A stretch of DNA of 64,000 nt from Octopus bimaculoides (taxonomy: Eukaryota): assembly GCF_001194135.2 (NCBI RefSeq), contig NC_068997.1, forward strand, positions 19,500,973 through 19,564,972. Direction: 5' to 3'. The notes below the pieces were generated by a model. The model was not told where the DNA came from and searched no databases. It saw only the letters and a list, made by a program, of their open reading frames with translations. A program made the translations under genes and the position numbers. This document shows, one piece after another, positions 45,210 to 58,323 of the stretch. The first letter of the stretch is position 1; the number at the start of each line of letters is the position of its first letter.

Positions 45210-45495
45210 ATAATAATTATAATAAGAACAATTACGAAGTAGCGCCACATGCTAGAAGAAGACGCCAAATGGTCCTAAAACTAATTTATTTATCACAAAT
45301 GAACAAAAAACAGATTTTTTAAAAGGTTTAGCCATAAATCGATCTATAGCTAAACCTTTAAAAAAAAAAATCCTTTTTGTTCATTTCCCTCACTTTCAGC
45401 CCGTGCCTATGTGAAAATAAGGTAGTTTTAGAGCCATTTGGAGTCTTCTTCTAGCATGTGACGCTACTTAGTAGTTGCCCTTATTATAATCATAT
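45210..45495. mobile_element. Long palindromic MITE / fold-back
   Basis: AAGTAGCGCCACATGCTAGAAGAAGACGCCAAATGG (45237) is nearly the reverse complement of the segment ending at 45469; the inner arms AAAGGTTTAGC..ATA/TATAGCTAAACCTTT centre at about 45340. Confidence 0.7.
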
Positions 45496-46356
45496 TTATA
45501 AAATTAAATATTTTGTATTAATTTTTACCTAAATGGCTTTTTACATGCTAGCTACTTGATAAAATCCTATATAGATTTTATCTTTGATTATACGTGTGTG
45601 TGTGTGGGTTTGTGTGTACGACAGGCTTCTTTCAGTTTCCGTCAACCAAATCCACTCACAAGGCTTTGGTCAGCTCAGGGCTATAGAAGACACTTTCCCA
45701 AGGTGTCACGCAGTGGAACTGAACCCGGAACCATATAGTTAGGAAACAAACTTCACAGCTAAAAACATTTTTTTTTTCTTTTTTGCCACATCTTCTATTT
45801 CCATGTAACACAAGCAACAACAAAAAATATAATACACTGAAATATTTTATTGTAAATGTTAAGAAATATTTCTTACCCACCCGTCTCTCCGTCCATGGAA
45901 TTACATCTCAAAATAAAATCCAGAATCCGAGGAAAGTTGTTGCTTTTAATTGACGAACTCAACCACCACCACCACCACCACGAATCATTGTTTTAATTAC
46001 CTCTGGTTTCAATCAATAAAATTTAATTGTTGAAGAACAACCCTAACTCACGAGAAAATCCTAAGTTGTTGGTTCATATTTAATTACTAATACTCGCCTT
46101 TTACCTTGTTCGTGCTAATCTCCTCGGCTCGTGATAAGCTCTATCACTTGAACATGTCGCCTTCTATTATTGTTACATTCTCTTTTCTGGCCGTTTCCAA
46201 CACTTTTTCTCTCTCTTTATTTAATGTACACGACAAGACAAACATAATTTAGACATTCATATATGTACGTCTTGACCCGAGTTTCAGTTTTAATTTTTTA
46301 TTTTTATATTCTATTTGCGTGTGTATGAATGAAAGTATTGAGAAAGCAGCTGGAAA

Positions 46357-46557
46357 ATGAAGAAAGAAGAATCGAATCCTCCTCTACCCGACGGGAAACG
46401 AACTGTATTAGAACGAGTGAACAGCGATCCCGTCGCCTGTGATCTGACCATCAGTCTGTTTGTGGCTGCCGTCCATAGTTATCGTCATGATTCTGTCTTG
46501 AGACCGTTTCCTCCGGCATTTATCAAAGAAGGTTTCGAAAAAGACAAGAAGGCACTG
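46357..46557 (+). CDS. PARP16: PARP16 coding exon 1
   Basis: MKKEES...[44 protein letters not shown] / gtctgt. Confidence 0.88.
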
Positions 46558-49125
46558 GTCTGTATCCCTTCTTTTTGTTTCCCCCTTTCGTTAATTCTCT
46601 TCATTCCGTCTCATCTTCTGTTTCTTTCCTTTCTCTATTTGTCTGTGTATTTATTTATTTATCTATCTACCCATCTGATCTGGCTAATCTATCTATATTT
46701 ATTTGAGTGTTCAGTCCTGATCAGGTACGTCTTTGATCAAATGCATTTCACACTTGACTCAATTTATCCCGTGCACGACAGTACGGTGTAATTCGAGGGA
46801 GATTTGACTGCTATTTTAAGTAAACTGAAGAATCGCACAGAGACGAGCTGCTTTCGTTGGCCCGACCTTCGTTCTGTCTCCGACGAGATGCTATCATTTG
46901 TATCGTTCATTCATTCTCTCTAACCTCGATTTTATAAATGACACCCTAATCTCGATGGCATTCTTCATGGATTGGAATCGTTGTCGTCTGCTTTGACAGT
47001 TAAACAATAACAAACTTCATTACAGCATCTTTACTCATTAATAATTAAACAACGGCAATAATAATAATTATTATTGTTGTTTGTAATAGACACACGGTCT
47101 GAAATTTAGGGCAGAATTAGTCGATTATATCGGTTTCCAGTGTCTGGCTGGTACTTTATATTTTATCAAACCCGGGGATATGAAAAGTAAAGTTTAGTTC
47201 GCCGGGTTTTGAACTCAGTACGGAAAGAACCGTAATAAGTTCCGCAAAGCTGTAACGATTCTGCCAACAAATCATCCCTGTAATAATTATAATTTCTAAC
47301 ATAGACACAAAAACATTACGTTTAGGAGAGGCGTATAGACGATTATATTGACTGCAATACTAAACTGGCACCGGCTGACAATTGTTAGTCCAGCTTCATT
47401 AGAGCCTGAAGGGTGCCAAATTAGTGATTTCACCAAATTAAAGATTACAAATTAAGTATACACTTAACCAAACAGCTAACAACTCCCCTCACAAACCAGT
47501 ACGAGTTAATAATGAAATAGGAACCATTAAATGAAAATGAAAGGGAAATTTTAATAACCTACACAAAATGCTGTTTCTAAAATGAAGAACTAGAATTTGC
47601 AGCTAAACACGTACATGTCTTTAGGTGAAGTTCTGTTAGGGTTCTTATTTTCTTCATTTTGGAGGGTATTAAGATGTCAGGAACTGATCATGACAATAAC
47701 AACATATCTGGGTGAGAAAATGTTGAAGCCACTGAATTTTCAATGACTTTTCTACCTAACACCTTAAAGCTATTTTGTGGACATATCTTGCAAGCTCTAA
47801 ATGGTTTCAGACTATTCCACAGGAATGTGGAATATAAAACTACAAACAACAACAGCAACAATAAAAATAATATCATAGACAGATATAAAAATAACAAGAA
47901 AATAAGACAATAATAATTGCAACAACATCAACAACAACAACATAGACAATAGTTCTTTTTGAATAGAGATGATTGGTGTACTAAACAGTAACAAAAACAA
48001 CAACAAATGCTATTGAACAACAATTACTACAACTACTAAACATCAACGGTGACTGCTGCTGATGTTGCTGCTGCTACAACTACATCACCAACACCACAAC
48101 AACAATAACAACACATATTTCTGCTAGAAGCCCTGCAAAGGTTCAAATTCCACATTCTTCTCATGATTTAAACTGTCAAATGAAAACAAATCTAATATAA
48201 CTGACAACAACAATACCAACAACAATGACAACAAAACCATCTTCTTCTTCTACTACTACTACTACTACTACTACAATGTTTCAAGAAAGGACACATGAAA
48301 TAGTATAGTCCTTGACACTTTAAAAAAAAATGCAAGGTGGTCATGGCTAGAATTCCTTTGCATTCCATCTGCTAGAAATAGCAGCCAAATCCCTCTCAAA
48401 TCACCTCTTACCATCTGAAAGCAAGCACAGGTGTGTTAGATAGTGCAGAGTTAGCTATCGATACATTTAGATCTGAAAACAAGATGGGAAGGTCACAGCT
48501 GGGAAACTGTTAAGTGTAGGTCTGCTCAATCAGGGTTGGCTTATAGTTAAGCAACATCACCTTGGCTGTTACAGTAACCAAGACAGTAACACTAGTCTGG
48601 ATTATATATCAGCATTTATTTCAGCCAAAACATTGTGACTATGATAACCATTACTGTGTGGTTAAGAAGTTCACTTTGCAACTGTGTGGTTTAGGGTTCA
48701 AATCATGTTGTGTGACACCTTGGGCAAATGTCTCCTATTTCTGCAAGAAGCCCTGCCTGGGCTGACCAATGCTTTTGTGAGTGAATTTCAGAGATGGAAA
48801 CTGTGCGGGAGATCATCATGAAGGTGTGTGTGTGTGTTTGTGTATGTTAGTCCTCACCTCTGCCTCTTGACTAGCTGGTGCTGGTTTGTTTATGTTCCCA
48901 TAACTTAGCAATTTTATATAAAATAAATATCAGACTTTTAAAAAAGTAATAAGTCCTGGGGTTGATTTCTTCGACTAAAGGTGGTGCTCCAGTATGGCTG
49001 CTATCAAATGACTGAAATATGTAAAAGAGAATATATATATATATAATTGGGTACCCTCCCAGCAGTATACTGGATAGATACTATCCCTTAGTGGGTTGTA
49101 CCCCCAACCCCTAACTCTCTCACGT

Positions 49126-49160
<35 letters not shown>

Positions 49161-51111
49161 ATAAAAGTGTGGGGTTTGCCAAGCAAGGGAGAAGAAAGAA
49201 GGAAAAAGTTTGAGAAGGATGGGGTGATAAAGAAGCATTGGTATGGTCAGATTTGTTTGTTTAGTACTTAGTGACCTTTTAGGGTGGAGAAGGAAAAAGA
49301 ATTTTTATATTTGAATTGAAAGACCAAATGTTGTTTTTGACATTTAATTGAAAAACCAAATGTTTTCTTTGACATTTAATTGAAAAAACCAAATGTTGTT
49401 TTTTACTTTTTTCAGTAAAAATTATAATTGCATTTCCATGTCTTGTTTCTTCATTGTTTTGTAGTCATTAATTTGGAGGAGGTAGAGAGGTGTGGTTTTT
49501 GTATTGGTGTGATCAAATTTGAGAAAACTGATAGACAAAAGCTACCTATGAAATAGTAAACGCCAGGGAAAAAACCTTAAAAAACAACTTACAAGAGCAA
49601 AATTCACATCAGAGAACAAAACAGAATTCTCAGTAAAGGAGTGTGGAGACAGCAGATGTGGTATATGCAACAATAATAACTAGAAGTATATAGATGGGAA
49701 CACCCACATAAAATCTAAGAGTGGATTCTTATTCAAAGTAAAAGCAAATACAAACTGCAAGACACCAAACCTCATATACTGCATTACTTGCCCCAAATGC
49801 AAGGAGAATTATATTGGTGAAACTAACATTTCCATTTGCCAACATGCAAGAATCCACATGGCACTAGCACCATTGCTTTTTATGTGACACCACCACCCAC
49901 ACCAATGCTTTTTACATGCCACCTTGCTTTTAAGATCTCAGTTCTGTTGTGGTGGGCAGGTCTTCTCAAGTACAGCAATGCACCACATATCTCAGTCCTC
50001 TATGGCAGTGGTTCCCAAACTATGAGTCACGATTGGAATCCTAGTGGGTCGCAAAAAGTTATAAAATTACGCATTAGCTTTGATTAACTGCTGTCTATCG
50101 AGATAGTTCAAGACTCATGTTTTCAATACCAGACTGGTTGTTTTATCATTGAACCTGATGTTAATTCTATTATTGAGCGTAGCAAGAAACAAGCTCATCC
50201 TTCTCACAGGCCTCAATGAAAATGTAATCTGAAATAAATTTGTTTCTTTCATTAATGTTTTTACCCAGTAGAGTTAAGTGGGTCACCATAAACTGGTGTC
50301 ATAAATAGTGGGTCGCGTCTCTAAAAAGTTTGGGAACCACTGCTCTATGGTAATTCCTCTCCTCAGAAAATCAAACAAAAGATAGTTATTTTATTATTTT
50401 TATTATTTTATTCTGTGAATACAATGATGGCTTTCCATTCCAGTTACTTCACTTTCCCCCCTTTTCTCCTCCTAATAATCTTCTTTTAAAATGTTTCTGT
50501 ATCTTGCAGGAACAAGCTGTAAAAGATATTCCTTCCATGGCACAGCTGGAGCCATCTTTTGACAGTCTACCAGAATCAACAGTAAATTTACTTATGTGGC
50601 ACTTCAACAATAAATACTTCACTCTTAAAACAAGAGACAAAAATGATGTAAGGAACTGTTTACCTCTTTATTCCTACTTACTCTTCTATTTACCAATTCT
50701 AAAGTGAAGAAATGATAAACTTCCCCTGTGACATTTCTTCAGGTTTCTTAAACACATCACCATCATTGTCATCATCGTCATCATCATCATCATCATCATT
50801 GTCATCATCATCATCGTCATCATAATCATCATCATTGTCAACATCATCATTATTGTCATTATTATTATCATCATCATCATCATCATCATCATCATTGTCA
50901 TCTTGTCTATTTTTCCATGCTGGCATGGGCTGGACAAGGCTTCTTAAGATAGTATTCTACAGCTGGTTATTCTTCCTGGCACCAACTCTTAGGCATTTTA
51001 TTTCACTGGTCTTCTCAGACTGAGTTGTTGTGTAGCACGACATATTGTTTATGTGAGGCATAAACAAATATTCAAAGCTGCTGGAATAATGTAATGCCAA
51101 CACATGTGGAG

Positions 51112-51146
<35 letters not shown>

Positions 51147-52197
51147 GAAACCATATCAAAGCAAGCATTGGAGCACAGCAGCATCCTCTGATTTATTGGT
51201 TCCTTTCAAACTGTCTAACCCATACCAGCATGGGAAATTAACATTCAGCAATGATGATAATTCTACACTTTATCACTTTCAAGAATATAAGCACGTTTTT
51301 AGGCACAACACACGTGGAGTCAAAAAGAAACACTACATTTCACCCGGCACTGTCGTTCACTTAGTGCTCTCTCTCCCTAGTGTGAAGCTACCTTGGACAT
51401 GTGAGCGTGTTCACAACAACCAAACACTTCATTGCTGGAACTGTGAAGCACACAGTTTTATATAAGGACTTTTTTCATAAACTAGGAAATGGCTACTGAC
51501 ATTAAGCTTAAGGATTATATAATGCACAAGTATAAAGAAAGAATTAAAGTTTAAAGGACTCATTATATTGAATGTTATCGATAGTATTGAATGGAAATAG
51601 TGGGTGCTGCAGTTCCGCAGATCCTACACACGAGCTGCCACTGTTCCTGAGACATCCTCCTTCCTATAGCTCAGTGTTTTACCTGTATCTGCCTTCTTTT
51701 TTCCAGTATTACGACATTTTGAGCCTGACCGAAAGCCGGGAACCTACATCAGTGGAACCAAGTCACGTGTTTGAGGTACTTCCAAGTCAGCTCAGTCAAT
51801 CGAAGTTTGAGCAACTCCAACAAGGGAGACAAATACTGTATGCCTATCATGGTAGCCGGGTGGAAAACTTTTATTCAATCCTCCACACAGGATTAGCTTC
51901 TCATATGAATAAGGTAATTGGGATAGATTCTTGTGCATCTTTTAACCTTTCCTGTTTCCGTCATTGAACTGCGGCCATGCTTGGGCTCTGCCTTCTTTTT
52001 TTTTTAGTTGAACTGATCAACCCCAGTACTTACAATTTGATTTTAGTCTAATACTTATTCTAACAGTCTCTTTTTGCTGCACTGCTGAGTTACAAGAATA
52101 TAAGCAAACCAACACCACTTGTTAAGCAGTTGAGGTGGGGGTGGGGGCGAATGCTGAGACAAAGAGACGCTCACCCGCATGTGCATGCACACACACG

Positions 52198-52290
<93 letters not shown>

Positions 52291-55136
52291 ATATCAAACA
52301 ATCAGAATGAGTGCTCAACACTGGACAGTACATAGAATGATGCACAGGAAGTGAACAATGACTAGTGTACTGTTGGTGAATTTCAGGAAGTATGGGAGTT
52401 TTGAAGGATGCAGTGTCCTGACAGCCAACTACTGATGCAAGTAGTTTATTCCATGCTTCAGCAATTCTGAGTGTAAAAAACTCTTTCTGAAAGTCATGGA
52501 TGCTGTGTTATTTTTTGATTTTGTAAGTATGTCCACGAGTGTTAGACATGGAATTCAAAAAGGTGCCCAAGGTTGTTGTTGTTATTGTTAGAAAGATGAT
52601 GGATAATCTTGTGGGTGTCTACCAAGTCTGTTGCAAACGTCCACTGTTAAAAATAATTTACTTCATATCTCTCGAAGTTTCTAAATTGTTATAATGTAAA
52701 ATCATTTTTAAATATTAAAAAATTTTAAGCAAAATTTTGTGGAGGTTAAATTTTGAATGTTTTCTGGAATTTTTTGTATGTGGCTCTTCTGTCATCCAAA
52801 AAAACTTTGGCTTTCAGGAATTTTTTTTGATTTCAGAATTTGTTTCAAAAAAGATTATCAATTGTATTTGTATGTTTAAAAATTTTTTTTTTTCTTTGCA
52901 GAATGGTATATTTGGAGAAGGTACTTACTTATCAAGTGAGCTATCTGTCTCTCTACACTACAGTCCTGCTGGTTTAGGCTGGTCAAAAAGCTGGCTGGGC
53001 AATCGATTGAGTTGTGTTGCTGTATGTGAAATTATTGATGACCCTTCTGTCAAATGTCAACCTAAAGGTGAGTATAAACACAGCCTGTTCCTCAATCTCC
53101 AAGACATAAACTGTATTTTCTTATCTTACTTGGGTTACATTCTGTAATCCAGAAATCATTGTCTTGGGGTTTAATCTCTTCATTGTCATATACAGATTTA
53201 TTTATGGGAGAAAGACAATCAGAACTCTTAAAGTAATAGCAGAGCAACTGAGAAGAGTTTCTACTGGATCTGGTCAAGGAGAAATGGAAGTGAATTTAAG
53301 AGGGCATAATTTAACTGCTCCTAGGTATGAGTATGGAAACTGCATCCCTCTGCCAAGCCATGTCGAGCCATAGAAAATTTTCCCCAACAGATTCCATCTG
53401 ACCCAAGTGAACATGGGAAAGTGGATGTTAAATGATGAATGAAAGAATGATGAATTATCCAGAAAGAATACAGGACTCTGCTACCATCTGTGAAATGGAA
53501 ATGCTCAATGTTTAGTGAAGGAGTATTCAGGAACTCTGTACAATATCATCATCATCATCATCATCATCATTATTTTAATGTTCACTTTTCTATCCATGCC
53601 TGGGTTGGGAAGCAAAGCTTCTTAACTGTACAATCCTGCATAAAACATTGAATATAGTTTATCTACTACAATTTGAATATTTAACCATATTCTTCTCGAC
53701 AAGACAAAATATTTAACCTTGCTCTACTCAACAAGACAAAAAAAGATGTAAAATTATAAACAAACTCTTCATTTCTCTCTCTCTTTCTATACTGTTTAGG
53801 AGACACTGAGTTGAAACGGTCACGTGCTCTGTTACCTAATAGTATTGCTGGTGAAGTACCAGAGAAATACTATGTAATCAGAAATAATGATGTAATAAGA
53901 GTCAAATATCTGCTCGTCTATGCTGATAAACCATCTAATAACAAGTAAGTAGACAATTTTGTCTCCCTTTTCACATTTGTTCACATGTTTGAATTAGACT
54001 TTATTAGTCTTGCTTTTGTGGAGGTGCATGGATTAGTGGTTAAGGGTGTTGGATTCATTATTGTTAGATTGTGGTTTCGAATGCTGCCATTGATTAGCTC
54101 CAAGAGGCCATCGCCTCTAGCTAGCTATGTGATACACAAACCCGTGTCCATTATAACCTTTGAACAGGGGAGGAGATCAGCAGCTTCCCCTTGCTGGTTC
54201 AACATCCACGTGTGTATATATATGTATGTGTGTGTGTGTGTGTGTATATATATGTGTGTGTGTGTGTATATATATATATATGTGTGTGTGTGTGTATATA
54301 TATACACACACGTCTTTGCGTTTGTCCAGCAAACACTTGACAACCAGTGCTGGTTTGTTTACACCCTATAACTTAGTGGTTTAGTAACAGAGGCTGATAG
54401 AATAAGTAGCAAACTTTAAAAATGAAATAAGTATTGGGTCTCTTTGTTCGACTAAACTCCTCAAAGTGGTGCCCCAGCATGACCACAGTACAGTGACTGA
54501 TACAAGTAAGAGATGAAATATACCTGATATTGTCTTTTATCACTTATATTCTTTTACCTATTTCAATCATTAGACTGTGGTCATGCTGGGGCACTACTTT
54601 GAAGAACTTTAGTCAAATGAGCCAATCTCGGTCCTTTTTTTTTTTTAAGCCTGGTACTTATTTTATTGGTCTCTTTTTATGAACTGCGAAGTTACAAGAG
54701 CATAAACAGACCAACACCAGTTGTTAAGCAGTGATGGGGGACAAGCACAGACACAAAGATCGCGCTTCTTTCAGTTTCCATCTACCAAATCCACTCGTAA
54801 GGCTTTGGCTGGCCCAAGGCGATAGTGGAAAGCACTTGTCCAAGGTGCCATGCAGTGATATTGAACCCAGACTCATATGGTTGGGAAGCAAACTTCTTAC
54901 CACACAGCCACATCTTTGCCTATATTTCATTCCTCAAGATATCTTATACTGAACTTTAATTAATGATTTTTTTTTCTTTTTCATTTTGTCTTTCTAGATT
55001 ACGGAATCGTATGTCATGGTTCAGTCAACATAAATTTGCATTACTAATGGCATTTTATTTCCTACTCTTAGTAATTATTGGATTGGCCAATTCTAAACAA
55101 TTTAAACAAAATGTAAAACGGTTGTTTAAGTCTTGA
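46357..55136 (+). CDS. PARP16: Protein mono-ADP-ribosyltransferase PARP16 (ER tail-anchored), complete, 331 aa
   Basis: Exons 46357-46557, 50510-50647, 51707-51913, 52902-53067, 53800-53944, 54998-55136 total 996 nt with consistent phases. Motifs: [66 protein letters not shown] (H-Y-Y triad), and a C-terminal hydrophobic anchor [18 protein letters not shown]. Confidence 0.95.
47845..48280. repeat. Degenerate (AAC)n/(ACT)n low-complexity tract
   Basis: Visible AAC/ACT-rich sequence in PARP16 intron 1. Confidence 0.8.
49314..49410. repeat. About 32-bp tandem repeat x3
   Basis: aattgaaa(g/a)accaaatgttgtttttgacattt units. Confidence 0.8.
49558..49860 (+). mobile_element. Penelope-like element endonuclease fragment (Neptune-like, Cys-rich linker)
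   Basis: [16 protein letters not shown]...[11 protein letters not shown]...[31 protein letters not shown]...HARIH, with one stop/frameshift. Confidence 0.75.
50006..50342. mobile_element. hAT-superfamily MITE with perfect 8-bp target-site duplication
   Basis: TIRs CAGTGGTTCCCAAACT...AGTTTGGGAACCACTG; TSD CTCTATGG at 49998-50005 and 50343-50350. Confidence 0.9.
50510..50647 (+). CDS. PARP16: PARP16 coding exon 2
   Basis: cttgcag / [13 protein letters not shown]...[20 protein letters not shown] / gtaagg. Confidence 0.9.
50756..50900. repeat. Compound (CAT)n microsatellite
   Basis: Long imperfect CAT/CAT-variant tract in PARP16 intron 2. Confidence 0.95.
51707..51913 (+). CDS. PARP16: PARP16 coding exon 3
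   Basis: tttccag / YYDILSLTE...[25 protein letters not shown] / gtaatt. Confidence 0.95.
52902..53067 (+). CDS. PARP16: PARP16 coding exon 4
   Basis: tttgcag / [55 protein letters not shown] / gtgagt. Confidence 0.96.
53800..53944 (+). CDS. PARP16: PARP16 coding exon 5
   Basis: tgtttag / (G)[47 protein letters not shown] / gtaagt. Confidence 0.95.
54998..55136 (+). CDS. PARP16: PARP16 terminal exon (transmembrane tail anchor)
   Basis: tttctag / [48 protein letters not shown]. Confidence 0.92.
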
Positions 55137-55841
55137 TTTTTTTTTTTTGTTAATTTAGACTGATGTAATTAACAAAAGCAAAAACCAAAAAAACAAAAAA
55201 AACAAAATGAAAGAAAATGGGAATCTGCAATTCCATGCTCTTGATTTATATTATCTGCTTGTTGCTAAACAACATTGAGTTTATACACCTTCCCAGACAA
55301 TGCTTTATCATATGTTTTTACAAGAGAGATAAGACAAACATTTAGTCATCTATTATGTGTAAGCAGACAACATACTTAGTTTTGCTGAGACTATTTGGGG
55401 TAAGGAAACACATGTGACCAGAAACCAAACTGTCATAATTTCAAAATCTCCTGGGACTCAATTTCCAATCAGACCTGGAGACTTTCAAATTGTAAGTCTG
55501 GTTTTAACTCCCGACTGATTTTAGCAGCAACATCAATAATGTTTCCATACACGTTTTCATTGTATGTGTATTTATGTCATACGATGTATGGGTGAAAGGG
55601 ATAAACATGAAGTTATATTTCTATTTGTTCTATGACTTTCATTGTGGATTAAATAAATATTACATACAAAGGGTGAGTCAGTCATTTGCAATGCACTTAT
55701 AAAAAATTGTCGGCAATGATGATTTTGTTTTTTTCTTTCAAGAAAGTGCCACCTTCATTGCTATAGTGATTCTAAGTCATTGGCAGATTTCAAAATTGAA
55801 TGCTTGTACAATTGTGTGAGTTGTTTTGGAACCCATCTTAA

Positions 55842-56056
55842 CCCTTTAGCGTTCAGATTACTCTGTCAAATGTAATGCTTATTTATTCACATAGTTTGAA
55901 TTAATCATTATCTTGTGGCTTTGAAATTTCAAAGATGTGATTGTTTATTTTTAGAATGGCATTGCAGAGTACATATGAGAGGCTGGATATGACCAGTTTG
56001 AACATAAAACAGGTAGAATATTTTGGCCGGATATGGCCAGTTTAAATACTAAAGGG
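55842..56056. mobile_element. piggyBac-type MITE (TTAA-flanked)
   Basis: TTAA-CCCTTTAGC...TACTAAAGGG-TTAA; related copies at about 7186-7404, 14455-14674, 20819-21045 and fragments near 20580-20750 and 30055-30100. Confidence 0.8.
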
Positions 56057-56089
56057 TTAAAATTTACTTGAAGCCAAATTAGTTATGGA

Positions 56090-56556
56090 GGAGTTCACAA
56101 GCAGAACATAATTTGAATATTATTCCTCACTTCATCAAGTCATCCAATCATCTGTTTAACAGAACCATGACATGGATATGTTCAGTATTACCATCGACAC
56201 AAAATGTGGTTGGGCACCTGGTTACTTGATATGTGGCACTTGTGTGACCATTTTTGAAACTTTTTCAATGCATTCATCGACAATCTGTAATAGCATGACC
56301 CTATTCCCACACTTTACTGAAAGCCTTTGATAGATTTCAGCTCCTGATACATATTCAACCCACAAGAAATGGATCACTGAACGTTGCTCTTCTTTACAGT
56401 AAACTAAAAGTGGTGCAGCTTTGGTTAACATAACAAGAAAGACAACTAAATTGAAATTTCAAGTTCAAACCTGAATTATAGTGATTAAAAGATCACAACT
56501 AATTTTCTCTCTGAAATGAGAAACATAAGAGCTTTGCAAACTAATGATTCACCTTC

Positions 56557-56560
<4 letters not shown>
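56090..56560 (-). mobile_element. Mariner 5' fragment (TIR + HTH region)
   Basis: EEQRSVIHFLWVEYVSGAEIYQRLS...ECIEK resembles the mariner N-terminal HTH; the TIR-like TA-CATGAAGGTGAATCA at about 56530-56561 abuts a (TA)n tract. Confidence 0.7.
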
Positions 56561-56592
<32 letters not shown>

Positions 56593-57358
56593 TTACATAT
56601 CTGACATTATTTACACAATATCAGTTTTGATTTGTTACTAAGGAATTCCTTATACACACACACACATATATATAACTACCTGATAGTTTTGATTAGTAGA
56701 TGCATTTTATATATATAATATATATATGCTAAAAAGGCAAACCAGTGGATTCAGACAGAAATAAAAAGGTTTTTAATTTAAACGTGAANNNNNNNNNNNN
56801 NNNNNNNNNNNNNNNNNNNNNNNNNNNNNNNNNNNNNNNNNNNNNNNNNNNNNNNNNNNNNNNNNNNNNNNNNNNNNNNNNNNNNNNNNNNNNNNNNNNN
56901 NNNNNNNNNNNNNNNNNNNNNNNNNNNNNNNNNNNNNNNNNNNNNNNNNNNNNNNNNNNNNNNNNNNNNNNNNNNNNNNNNNNNNNNNNNNNNNNNNNNN
57001 NNNNNNNNNNNNNNNNNNNNNNNNNNNNNNNNNNNNNNNNNNNNNNNNNNNNNNNNNNNNNNNNNNNNNNNNNNNNNNNNNNNNNNNNNNNNNNNNNNNN
57101 NNNNNNNNNNNNNNNNNNNNNNNNNNNNNNNNNNNAAAACATCACTTTATAACTTACTGTAGTCAATTTTTATCTTAATCTATGTTTTTTTTTTGTTCCA
57201 CATTTGATATATATTTTTACCATGATATTAAAAACAATATATATGAAAAAAGAAAAGAAAAACATTTTATTTTAAATTATTTTGGCTACAAATTTTTTTC
57301 CAGAAGCAGACATTGCTCCACTCGTAGCTTTTCTTTTATTTATCCAGCAACTCCAGTA

Positions 57359-57389
<31 letters not shown>

Positions 57390-58084
57390 TTCATAGATCG
57401 GGCTGCTCAAGAATGTAAATAAAAATATAAAATAAACTTGTAACAAAATAATTAAAAATAAAAACAAACTAAAGAGACAAATTAATATCACAACTTTCAG
57501 TTTTTATATTCTTCACAATGACAGTATTCAAACTGTATGAATTAAACATTTTTACAATACTAATATTATTGTTTCATTTTACTTTTCCTTGGATTTTAAA
57601 TGTGATGTTTAGTTCAGGATCAACATGCATTGTACACGTCCTTTTAAAATGTCACTGTTTGCAATAGAGCAAAAGTAAAATGTATTATTTCTGTAAATGT
57701 TTCTATACTAGCATGGATGAGATGAGTTTAGTAGCATTACCTATTGTTGAAGGAATTTTTTCTGTTTCGTAGCTGGATACCTTTCCTCTCAACACTGAAG
57801 TAACTTAGCTTCAGCTAGACAAAGTAGAGTTATGTCCCTTACGAAGCAGCACAATGAAATACATTATAAGTGAAGATTTAAACTTATGGCTGTATGGTCA
57901 GGATTAACTTAGCAACTGGAGATTTTAGAACATGTCACTTAATACTACAATCTCATGATGTAGACATAAGGTCGTCAAACAGTGGCATGTAAAATGAGCA
58001 TCAAACAGATCTGAGCAAGGTGTTTCTCACTTATTTAAAATAGTGCAGTTTTATACATATTATCACCATGTATATATGTATGTG

Positions 58085-58254
58085 TGTGTTTGTGTGCAAG
58101 TGTAGTTGTGTGGTAAGAAGTTTGCTTCCCATCTACAAAGTACCAGTTTCAGTCCCACTGTGTGGCACCCTGGGCAAGTGGCTTCTACTATAGCCTTGGG
58201 TTGGCCAAAGCTGTGTGAGTGGATTTGGCAGGTGGAAACTGAGAAAAGCTCATC

Positions 58255-58323
<69 letters not shown>

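Noticed and set aside
50686-51023. Poly-Met / poly-Asp / poly-Ser ORFs
   Set aside because: Translations of the (CAT)n microsatellite; the same applies to the YIYI and CVCV ORFs over (TA)n and (TG)n.
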